Position numbers and translations under genes: made by a program | Notes under the pieces: generated by a model | The model's database searches: none | What the model was told of the DNA's origin: nothing | The model's input: the letters and a program-made list of their open reading frames with translations, nothing else | Source: Myxococcota bacterium | GTDB lineage: Bacteria > Myxococcota_A > UBA796 > UBA2385 | Direction: 5' to 3' | Length of the DNA stretch: 64,000 nucleotides | Assembly: GCA_044344255.1 (NCBI GenBank) | Contig: JBIJDH010000010.1 | Location: 32,001 to 96,000, forward strand | Shown: positions 40,071 through 48,044 of the stretch, piece after piece | Layout: the number at the start of each line of letters is the position of its first letter | How positions within the stretch are numbered: the stretch's first letter is position 1

Positions 40071-41666
40071 ATGAAGCAGAACGGCCCACCGAGACAGATC
40101 GACCGCCGGGGACAGCTCGGGGTGCTGCTCAGCGGTGCCGCGGCGCTCTTCGTGGCTTGCGCCGATCCCCCCTGCGCCAAGGGCGAGGCCGGCTGCGAGG
40201 CCCCCGCCGGCTCGGGCGACACAGACAGCGGCGGGGCGCCGGGTGAGGGCGACAGCCTGCCCTTCACCGTCGAGACCTTCGCCTGCACGGCCCCCACCAC
40301 CCTCGGCTGGAGCCTCCGCTCCACCCCCACCGCCGTCGAGCCGCCCCGAGAAGACGAGGTCTTCACCCAGGGGGCCGGCGGCGTGGCCCTGCTCGACAAC
40401 GGGGCCGGCGCCCTCCTGTTCTGGGCAGACCTCCGCTACGAGGCGCACGCGCTCACCCTCGGCGAGGCCCTCACCGACGCAGCCGCCCTGCCCACCCTGG
40501 TCGGGGTGCGCTCGATGTCCATCGCCGACCTCGAGGGCGACGGCGAAGACGAGCTGCTCGCCTACTTCGGCGGATCGGTCCAGGTCGTGACCGACACCTC
40601 CGGCGCCGCGCCGCAGAGCCGCTCGGCCATCCCGCTCCGCCCCGGACCCCACGATCTCAGCCCCGGCTACCTCGACGACGACGACACCATCGACCTCTTC
40701 GCCACCTACTCCCTGCCCGACGAGGAGCCGGCCGCCCAGATCTGGCTCGCCCCCGGCCTCGATCTCACCGGCGAGAAGACCGAGGTGGCCGACGACGCCG
40801 GCGGCTGGGGCAAGACCTTCGACACCACCGTCCTCGACCTCGACGAAGACGCCCAGCCCGACGCCTACATCTGCAACGACAAGGGCCACGAGGTCGCGCC
40901 GAACGCGCTCTACCACAACACCGGCGGTGACTTCGTCGAGGGCACCCACCCCGCCGGCCTCGACCTCATCACCCACTGCATGGGCTCCGACTGGGGAGAC
41001 CTCGACGGAGACGGCCGCCTCGACCTCGTGATCGGCGACGTCGACCGAATCTGGCTCCTCCAGAACGACGCCGAGATCGGCATGATCGACGTGACCCACA
41101 GCCGCTGGTCGGGCACGGTGGCCGCCGACCAGATGTACTGGGGGATGAGCGTCAGCGACCTCGACAACGACGGCCGGACCGACCTCCTGATGCCGACCTC
41201 CTGGTTCCTCGACGGCACTGAGCAGCCCTGGCCCGTCCGGCTGGCGATGCAGCAGGCCGACGGCCACTTCGAGGAGCAGGGCGCCGCCTTCGGCCTGCCC
41301 GAAGAGACCGACGCGCGCACCGTCATCGCCTACGACTGGAACGCAGACGGCGTGCTCGACCTCGTGTTCGGCGACGGGCAGCGCAGCCCCTGGATCTACG
41401 AGTCGAACGGCTGCACCGACCAGCGCTGGCTGACGCTGCGCGGCCCCGAGGGCACGCGGGTCGAGGTGGAGGCGGGGGGTCGCCGCTTCGTCGCCCTCAT
41501 CACCTCCGAGTCGAGCTTCGCCTCCGCGCGGCCGCGCAGCGCCCACATCGGCCTCGGCGAGCTCGACACCATCGACCGTGTCACCTGGCACCTGCCCTGG
41601 GCCGCGCCCGTCACGGTCGAGGGGCCCTTCCCCACGCGCTCCGTGCTCCGCTGGACCGGCCTCTAA
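40071..41666 (+). CDS. CRTAC1-like FG-GAP repeat lipoprotein with an ASPIC/UnbV-like C-terminus
   Basis: Lipobox FVAC; repeated DLDGDG..DL; MG..WGDLDGDG; C-terminal AHIGLG. Confidence 0.82.
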   Translation: MKQNGPPRQIDRRGQLGVLLSGAAALFVACADPPCAKGEAGCEAPAGSGDTDSGGAPGEGDSLPFTVETFACTAPTTLGWSLRSTPTAVEPPREDEVFTQGAGGVALLDNGAGALLFWADLRYEAHALTLGEALTDAAALPTLVGVRSMSIADLEGDGEDELLAYFGGSVQVVTDTSGAAPQSRSAIPLRPGPHDLSPGYLDDDDTIDLFATYSLPDEEPAAQIWLAPGLDLTGEKTEVADDAGGWGKTFDTTVLDLDEDAQPDAYICNDKGHEVAPNALYHNTGGDFVEGTHPAGLDLITHCMGSDWGDLDGDGRLDLVIGDVDRIWLLQNDAEIGMIDVTHSRWSGTVAADQMYWGMSVSDLDNDGRTDLLMPTSWFLDGTEQPWPVRLAMQQADGHFEEQGAAFGLPEETDARTVIAYDWNADGVLDLVFGDGQRSPWIYESNGCTDQRWLTLRGPEGTRVEVEAGGRRFVALITSESSFASARPRSAHIGLGELDTIDRVTWHLPWAAPVTVEGPFPTRSVLRWTGL

Positions 41667-41679
41667 GCCTGCGCTTAAG

Positions 41680-42684
41680 TCAGCGCTGCCAGGGCATCCG
41701 CGCGGGCTCGGGGAAGCCGGCGCCGTGGCGGTCGAGGAAGTGGAAGGTGTCCTCCCAACAGCGCCGGGCGCCCTCTCGAAAGGCGAAGGCGTGGAAGGCG
41801 TGGAATTCTCCCGGGTAATAGACCGCCTCCGCCGGGGCCCCGAGCGCGGAGAGGGCCAGCGCCATTCGCCGGGTGTCGGGGAGGAGCGGGTCTGCCGTGC
41901 CGACCGGCAGAAAGCAGGGTGGCAGCGGCCGATCGGGAGCCGGGGCCCGCTCCAGGAAGACGAGGGGATCGGCGAGATCCAGGGAGGGGTGGCCGACCTC
42001 CGAGCCCATGCCCAGATAGGCCTCCTCCACCTCTTCGAGGCGGTCGGCGAGGAAGCGGGAAAGCCTCGGCTTCCGCCGCAGGAACCGCTCCTGATCGCTC
42101 ACCTGGAAGACCCCGCAGGCCGGGACCACCGCGCGGGGCGCGGCCCCCGCGGCGAAGGCGGCGGCGGCGTAAGGCTCGGGGCGCTGCCAGCAGAGCGCCA
42201 CCATGAGCGCGGCGACGAGGTTCGCGCCGGCCGACTCTCCGGCGAGCACGATCCGATCCGGGTCTCCGCCGTAGGTCGCGGCGTGCTCCCTCACCCAGGC
42301 ATAGGCCGCGCAGACGTCCTCGATCGCCGCCGGGTAGCGCGCCTCGGAGGCCAGTCGGTAATTGACCGTGAACACGACATAGCCGCGACGCGCGAAGGCG
42401 AGCGCCATCAACCAGTGGGTGTCCTTCGACATGAACCGAAAGCCGCCACCGTGCACATAAAACACCACCGGCAGCGGCGACCCACGCTCTCCCACTCCCA
42501 CTCGGCGATAGACGTCGAGCCGGTGGGCCTCGGCGCCGCCCGATCGATAGGCGATGTCGTGCAGCCGCTCGAGGCCGTGGCGGCTCGGCCGCGCGTCGGG
42601 GTGAAAGGTGCCGAGCCAGGCGCTGGTTCGGAAGGCGTTGTCTACGATCGTTGCGCCGAGCTGGCGGCGGGCGGCGTTCCACAT
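41680..42684 (-). CDS. Hormone-sensitive-lipase-family esterase
   Basis: HGGGF, NYRLA, GESAG, GTADPL and GEFHAF motifs. Confidence 0.9.
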   Translation of the reverse strand: MWNAARRQLGATIVDNAFRTSAWLGTFHPDARPSRHGLERLHDIAYRSGGAEAHRLDVYRRVGVGERGSPLPVVFYVHGGGFRFMSKDTHWLMALAFARRGYVVFTVNYRLASEARYPAAIEDVCAAYAWVREHAATYGGDPDRIVLAGESAGANLVAALMVALCWQRPEPYAAAAFAAGAAPRAVVPACGVFQVSDQERFLRRKPRLSRFLADRLEEVEEAYLGMGSEVGHPSLDLADPLVFLERAPAPDRPLPPCFLPVGTADPLLPDTRRMALALSALGAPAEAVYYPGEFHAFHAFAFREGARRCWEDTFHFLDRHGAGFPEPARMPWQR

Positions 42685-42732
42685 GGCCCGGAGGCTACGA
42701 CCTCCCGTCCCCGGCCGCAAGCCGGCGCACGC

Positions 42733-42776
42733 CCGTGATCCAGACTCCGTGATCCTGACTCCGTGATCAAGACTCC
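42733..42776. repeat. 14-bp tandem repeat CCGTGATC(CA/CT/AA)GACT x3
   Basis: Read directly; the third copy contains the stop codon of the 71-aa gene. Confidence 0.85.
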
Positions 42777-42982
42777 AAGCTCTGCTGGAGCTTCTCGGGA
42801 TCTCCCTGCAGATCGAAGAGCTTGCCGCAGCGTAAGCAGACCGTGCACCGCACGAGCCCGCCCACGTTGAAGACCTTCTTGAGCGTGGGGCTGCGGTCGA
42901 GGCGGACCGCCATCCCCTCGAGCTGGGCGGGCTCGAGGCGCTCGGAGCCGCAGGCGGGGCAGACGGGGACGGGGCTGGACAT
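42767..42982 (-). CDS. Small zinc-ribbon-like protein
   Basis: CPACG...CLRCG in 71 aa; GGAG upstream. Confidence 0.75.
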   Translation of the reverse strand: MSSPVPVCPACGSERLEPAQLEGMAVRLDRSPTLKKVFNVGGLVRCTVCLRCGKLFDLQGDPEKLQQSLES

Positions 42983-43053
42983 GGGGGCTCCGGGTTATCG
43001 GCTCGCCTATCCCGGAGCCCACCGACACACCGTGGACCGGGAACAGACCCCGA

Positions 43054-43410
43054 TCAGCGGCGCCGCGAGCCGCCGGAGCGGGATGACGACCGGGCGGCCT
43101 CCGGGGCCTTCTTCGGCGGGGTCGCGCCGTCATCGGGGGGCGGCGCGTCGTCGCCGTGGTCGCAGTGTTCGTGGTGCCCCTTGTCTTCGTGCTTGTCCTC
43201 GTGCTTGTCCTCGTGCTTGTCCTCGTGCTTGTCCTTGTGGTGCCCCTTGCCCTGTCCACGGTGCTGGCCGTGGTCGCGGTGGTCATTCCCGCCGCCCTTG
43301 TGCTTGCCCTCGTGCTCTTGTCCGTGAGACTCGGGGGGCCGGGCGAAAGCAGCGGCGGGCGCAAAGGAGAGGGCACAACAGAGGGAAAAGACCAGCGAAC
43401 GAGCGGTCAT
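43054..43410 (-). CDS. Small secreted His-rich low-complexity protein
   Basis: Signal peptide ending AFA; HEDK repeats encoded by a 12-bp repeat; GGAG upstream. Confidence 0.7.
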   Translation of the reverse strand: MTARSLVFSLCCALSFAPAAAFARPPESHGQEHEGKHKGGGNDHRDHGQHRGQGKGHHKDKHEDKHEDKHEDKHEDKGHHEHCDHGDDAPPPDDGATPPKKAPEAARSSSRSGGSRRR

Positions 43411-43523
43411 CAGAGCTCCAGGTTGAGGGACCCGCCGTGGGTCGCTCAGTGGCCTGACGAGGCCGGCGGCGACTTCATGCGAAGGGCATCGAAGATAAAT
43501 CCGAGCCCCCCGCGCGGCGCGCC

Positions 43524-44531
43524 TCAGACCGCGAGATCGAGGCGCTGCAAGGCGCCAGAACGCCCATCTTCTCCCACCCAGACACCGGTGTCGCGGACCG
43601 CGCCCAGCGCCTCCCGATCGGCCCCGAGGAGGGTGAAGGGGGTGGACGCCCGGCCGAGGTAGAGGGCGCCGACCCCCTTGCTGGCGAGGCCGACGAGGCG
43701 GCGCTGCCCCTCGGGCCCCGGCTCCCAGATGCGCAGGCGGTTCCAGATCGGGTCCGCCTCGTCGATCCAGCCATTGTGATCGGCGTCCGCGCGGGCGAGC
43801 TCAGCGAAGCCGTCCCCCGTGGAGGGGCCGAGGAGCTCTCCGCCGTCATCGGCCTCGCCGTTGCCGTTTCGATCATCGACGAGGAAGCCCGCGCCCGCCG
43901 CCAGGGTGGGCACGGCCTCGGGCGCGCCGTCCATGTCGAGGTCAAAAGCGAAGCGGGCCCCCTCGAGGTGGGCGCCCCTGCCGGAGAGGTCGATCACGAG
44001 CGGGTCCTTGAGGGCGGCCCCGGCACGGACATCGACGCGGTGGACCTCGGTGAAGCTGCGGCTGAGGCGGAGGTCGACCGAGATCTCGAACTGCCGCTGG
44101 TCAGCGGTGCGGATCACCCCCCGGGCCACGAAGACCGTCGACTCCGAGACGGTGTGCCGATCTTCGCGGCTGTAGTGCATGCCCCAGGCGCCCGCACCCC
44201 GCCCCGAGGTGGCGGACGCGGTCGCGGCGATCAGGCGGTCGAGCCCGCGCTGGGTGTCGGGGTCCACCTGGAGGTCCCGCGGGTCAAAGAGGTTGATCTC
44301 CTCGCCCGTGAGCTCCTCGATCAGCATCTTGAGGATCAGCGTCTTGAGGTCATGGACCTCGTCCTCCTCCTCGGGCTCGTTCACCCGGTGGGTCTGGGCG
44401 ACCGGGCTCAGCGAGACCTTGTCGGCCTTGGGGAGGTTCGGGCGCCAGACCTGGAGGTGCTCTTCCCGGCTCCAGGAGTCTTGAGCGGAGTGGGCCGAAC
44501 CGAGAGAGACAGCGGAGGCGGTGATGCGCAT
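43524..44531 (-). CDS. Conserved hypothetical protein with DxDxDG (VCBS/EF-hand-like) motifs
   Basis: DPLVIDL, FAFDLDMDG, DRNGNGEADDGGEL.G, GFAELA..DADHNGWIDEADP and terminal QRLDLAV. Confidence 0.75.
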   Translation of the reverse strand: MRITASAVSLGSAHSAQDSWSREEHLQVWRPNLPKADKVSLSPVAQTHRVNEPEEEDEVHDLKTLILKMLIEELTGEEINLFDPRDLQVDPDTQRGLDRLIAATASATSGRGAGAWGMHYSREDRHTVSESTVFVARGVIRTADQRQFEISVDLRLSRSFTEVHRVDVRAGAALKDPLVIDLSGRGAHLEGARFAFDLDMDGAPEAVPTLAAGAGFLVDDRNGNGEADDGGELLGPSTGDGFAELARADADHNGWIDEADPIWNRLRIWEPGPEGQRRLVGLASKGVGALYLGRASTPFTLLGADREALGAVRDTGVWVGEDGRSGALQRLDLAV

Positions 44532-44603
44532 GGGGACCTCATCGGTTGTATCGGCTGCCCGCTGGCTGCGACTAAGGTGGCAGGCCCAGGGTAGAGTTCA
44601 CCC

Positions 44604-45368
44604 ATGCCGCCCGCCCCGCCCGGTCACCGACGATCTCTGCTCCACCGCCCCGCCCTCGAGCTCGTCGCGGGCACCGCCCTCGACGAGGCCACCCTGCGCG
44701 AGATGTGGACCCTCCGCTCCCTGATGATGGACCTCAAGCCCCACATCAGCCCCGAGGTGGACTACGCGAAGTACAAAGCGCGGGTTCAGATCTCGGACTC
44801 GGTCTGGCTGCAGCGCGACGCGCGGGGAAACGTCACGGGGACCTTCTGCCTCAACGTCGATGAACGCGAGCAGGACGGTGTCCCCTACCTCTACCTCGAC
44901 ACAGAGTACGGCTTCGTACACCCGGACGCGCGGAAGAGCGCCGGCATCCCCCGGTCCGCGCTGCTCTGCACCCTGGAGAGCCTCCTCCGGAAGCGGGTGG
45001 GGCGGATCTACCTCGGTGGGGCCTGCTACCCCGCCACCTTCATGCTGGCGGCCAACGCCACTCCTCGCGTACGCCACCGCTTCGTGCCGATGGACCCCTG
45101 GGAGGAGGCCGCGTTCGTCTCGGCCGGTCGAGACTGGTACGATATGGACCCTGCCACCGGCCTCGTCTCCATGCGAACCTTGCCCCGCGCCCCCCGCCGA
45201 ACACCCCCCTCCAATTTGGCCCTCCACGGCCTCTTCGACGACTACCAGCGCGTTAACCCCGACTGGCACCAGGGTGTCGGCCTCTTCACCTGGATCCCGA
45301 TGGACGCCGGGACCCTCCGTACGGTGTTCGACATGCTCTGGACCCGATGGCGGCGAGGTCGACGATGA
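44604..45368 (+). CDS. Hypothetical protein, possible GNAT-like fold
   Basis: Segment LYLDTEYGFVHPDARKSAG resembles GNAT motif A; coupled to the next gene by ATGA. Confidence 0.5.
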   Translation: MPPAPPGHRRSLLHRPALELVAGTALDEATLREMWTLRSLMMDLKPHISPEVDYAKYKARVQISDSVWLQRDARGNVTGTFCLNVDEREQDGVPYLYLDTEYGFVHPDARKSAGIPRSALLCTLESLLRKRVGRIYLGGACYPATFMLAANATPRVRHRFVPMDPWEEAAFVSAGRDWYDMDPATGLVSMRTLPRAPRRTPPSNLALHGLFDDYQRVNPDWHQGVGLFTWIPMDAGTLRTVFDMLWTRWRRGRR

Positions 45369-46753
45369 CAATGCAAGGGATCCTCCGCTCCGCCGTCGAT
45401 GGGCGCATCGGCTACGCCTCCATCAACGCCTACGGCTGCCACGATCGGCCGGTCGAGCACATCGCTCCCCTCGGCTCCTGCACGGCCTCCACCCCGACGC
45501 TTCAAGGCTGGGAGGCCGCAGAGAAGCTCTGGGAGTCGCTGCGCGAGACCAGCCCCTGGGCCGCCGCCCAAGGGCTGCGAGACCGCCTCGCCACGACCTG
45601 GCGCCTCCCCGCGCAGTCGAGCGTGGTGCTCATGCCCTCAGGCACCGACACCGCCCTCCTCGCCCTGGCCCTCGCCCAAGACGCGCTCGGCCGGCCCGTC
45701 ACCAGCCTGATGACCTGCGGAGGCGAGGTCGGGAGCGGCACAGCGCTCGCCGCCTCCGGTCGACACTTCTCTCGCTGGCCCCCCCTCGGCCCCAGCCTCC
45801 CCGCCGGGAGCCCGATCAACGGCCTCCTCCCGGCCGAGGTCCAGGTCGTGCCGGCCCGCGACGCCACCGGGGAGCCCCTGTCCGACGCGGCCTTCCACGA
45901 GGCCGTCGATCACCACCGGGCGGTCGCACGACAGAAGGGCCACGCGCTGCTCCTCCACCACGTCCCCTGCTCGAAGACAGGCCTCGCGGCGCCCGAGCCG
46001 GCGCGCTGGCCGGCCAGCGATGGCCTGGTGCTCGTAGACGCCGCCCAGGGCCGCTGCTCCCCGGCCCAGCTCGGGGAGTGGCTGCGCCGCGGCTGGATGG
46101 TGTCCCTCACGGGATCGAAGTTCTTCGAGGCGCCGCCCTTCTGCGGGGCGCTGATCCTGCCCCTCGGGCTCACCGCCACCCGCCCCCTCCCGCCCGGCCT
46201 CAACGCCTACCTCACCGGAGCCGACCTCCCTCGCCGCTGGCCCACCCTGCCCGGCGAGGCCGCCAACCCCGGCCTGCTCCTCCGCTGGGCCGCCGGGCTC
46301 CAAGGTATGGAGGCCTTCCACGCCGAGCCCGAAGAGGGCATCTCCGCCGCCCTGCTCGCCGTGAATCGCCTGGTCGAGCAGGTCTTCACCGGCTCGATCG
46401 CGCACCTCCTGCCCACCCCGCACCGCGCCGGGCCGGCGCCCATCGATCGGCTGCCCTCCTTCTTCAACATCGAGCTGCCCGAGCTCCACGGCGAAGCGGG
46501 CGAGGCCCGCGCGCTGTGGCGCGTCCTCCGCGAGCGCCGCCCCGGCTGGCACATCGGTCAGCCCGTCTCCCTCGGCCACTCGGGGCGGATCGTCCTCCGT
46601 GTCGCGCCGGGGGCCTCCACCTACCGCACCATCTCGAACGAGCTCCGGCAGAGCAGCACGAGCCCGGCCCTCGACCGCCTCGAGGCGCAGCTCCTGGGCC
46701 TCCACGCGACCTTGGAGTCCCTGTGCAAAGCCGACCGCCCCCGGAGCGCCTGA
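45365..46753 (+). CDS. PLP-dependent fold-type-I-like enzyme
   Basis: PSGTD, LVDAAQGR and candidate PLP lysine in TGSKFF..PPFCGA. Confidence 0.65.
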   Translation: MTMQGILRSAVDGRIGYASINAYGCHDRPVEHIAPLGSCTASTPTLQGWEAAEKLWESLRETSPWAAAQGLRDRLATTWRLPAQSSVVLMPSGTDTALLALALAQDALGRPVTSLMTCGGEVGSGTALAASGRHFSRWPPLGPSLPAGSPINGLLPAEVQVVPARDATGEPLSDAAFHEAVDHHRAVARQKGHALLLHHVPCSKTGLAAPEPARWPASDGLVLVDAAQGRCSPAQLGEWLRRGWMVSLTGSKFFEAPPFCGALILPLGLTATRPLPPGLNAYLTGADLPRRWPTLPGEAANPGLLLRWAAGLQGMEAFHAEPEEGISAALLAVNRLVEQVFTGSIAHLLPTPHRAGPAPIDRLPSFFNIELPELHGEAGEARALWRVLRERRPGWHIGQPVSLGHSGRIVLRVAPGASTYRTISNELRQSSTSPALDRLEAQLLGLHATLESLCKADRPRSA

Positions 46754-46785
46754 GCCCGGCCGCGCTCTCCGCGCTCTCCCGCAGG

Positions 46786-47976
46786 GTGATCGCCGCCGGC
46801 GGCCTGCCCGAGGGCGCGGTGATGGTGCACGATCTCGACTTTCTGCAGGCGCGCCTCGCCCGCCTCCAGGGGCTGCTCCCGAGCGCCCTCCACGCCGTGG
46901 CCGTGAAGGCCAACCCCGTCGTCGCCCTGCTCGAGGGCCTCGTGGCGGCCGGCGCCGGCCTCGAGACCGCCTCGACCGGGGAGCTTGCGGTGGCGGCGGC
47001 GGCGGGCTGCCCGCCGGAGCGCGTGGTCTTTGACTCGCCCGCCAAGACCCCGCGCGACCTCCGCGCCGCCATCGACGCCGGCCTCCGCCTCAACGCCGAC
47101 AACCTCGAGGAGGTCACGCGCCTCGCCGCGCTGTCACCCTCGGGCCGCGTCGGCCTCCGCGTGAACCCCGAGGTGGGCGCCGGGAGCATCGCCGCCACCA
47201 GCGTCGCCGGGCCGCGGGCGCGCTTCGGCGTGCCCCTGTCCGCCGAGGGCGCCATCACCGAGGCCTTCCGACAGCACCCCTTCCTCGACGGCCTCCACGT
47301 CCACACCGGCTCCCAGGGGATGCCGCTGGACCTGGTGCTCGAGGGGGTGAAGCGGGTCCTCGCCCTCCGCCAGCGCCTCGAGGCCGCGCTCGGCCGCGCC
47401 ATCCCCACGGTCGACGTGGGCGGCGGCGTGCCCGTCGCCTACACCGGGGACCACCCCGCCTGGTCCGTCGAGGAATGGGCCGATGGCCTCCGCAGCGCCG
47501 GCGCCACCGCCGTCCCCGAGCTCATCACCGAGCTCGGCCGCTGGGTGCAGGCGCCCGCCGGCTTCGCCCTCAGTCGGGTCGAGTACCTCCGCAGCGTGAA
47601 CGGGCGCACCATCGCGACGCTGCACGTCGGCGCCGACCTCCTGCTGCGCCGCGCCTACGTGCCCGCGCAGTGGCCGGTCGAGGTGGTGGCCCTCGACGAG
47701 GCGGGGGGGCTGCTCGAGGGGGAGCTTGAGCCCGTCGACCTCGTCGGCCCGCTCTGCTTCGCCGGCGACGTGATCGGCGAGGCGGTGACGCTCCCCCGCC
47801 TCCGCCCGGGCTGCGTCGTCGCCCTCCGTGAGGTCGGGGCCTACACCCTCTCGATGTGGTCGCGCCACTGCAGCCGGCCGATGCCGGGAGTGGTCGGGGT
47901 GCGGGGCGAAGAGGTGCTCACCCTGCTCGCCGCCGAGTCGCCCGCCGATGTGGCAGCGCTCTGGTCTCGGCGCTGA
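46786..47976 (+). CDS. Diaminopimelate/ornithine decarboxylase-family PLP enzyme (fold type III)
   Basis: AVKAN, ETASTGE, FDSPAK, HVHTGSQ, DVGGG, ELGR, GPLCFAGD and GAY motifs. Start uncertain (46723 or 46786). Confidence 0.85.
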   Translation: MIAAGGLPEGAVMVHDLDFLQARLARLQGLLPSALHAVAVKANPVVALLEGLVAAGAGLETASTGELAVAAAAGCPPERVVFDSPAKTPRDLRAAIDAGLRLNADNLEEVTRLAALSPSGRVGLRVNPEVGAGSIAATSVAGPRARFGVPLSAEGAITEAFRQHPFLDGLHVHTGSQGMPLDLVLEGVKRVLALRQRLEAALGRAIPTVDVGGGVPVAYTGDHPAWSVEEWADGLRSAGATAVPELITELGRWVQAPAGFALSRVEYLRSVNGRTIATLHVGADLLLRRAYVPAQWPVEVVALDEAGGLLEGELEPVDLVGPLCFAGDVIGEAVTLPRLRPGCVVALREVGAYTLSMWSRHCSRPMPGVVGVRGEEVLTLLAAESPADVAALWSRR

Positions 47977-48044
47977 GGCGACCGCGAGGGCGTTAGAGCC
48001 GCACCTCGCCCGCCCGCCTCCCGCGGGCCCAGCCGGAGCCTGCC

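Noticed and set aside
44860..47976. 1038-aa fusion protein from the ORF track
   Set aside because: The first ~620 codons are an Arg/Pro-rich shadow frame over two real genes; only the decarboxylase part is protein-like.
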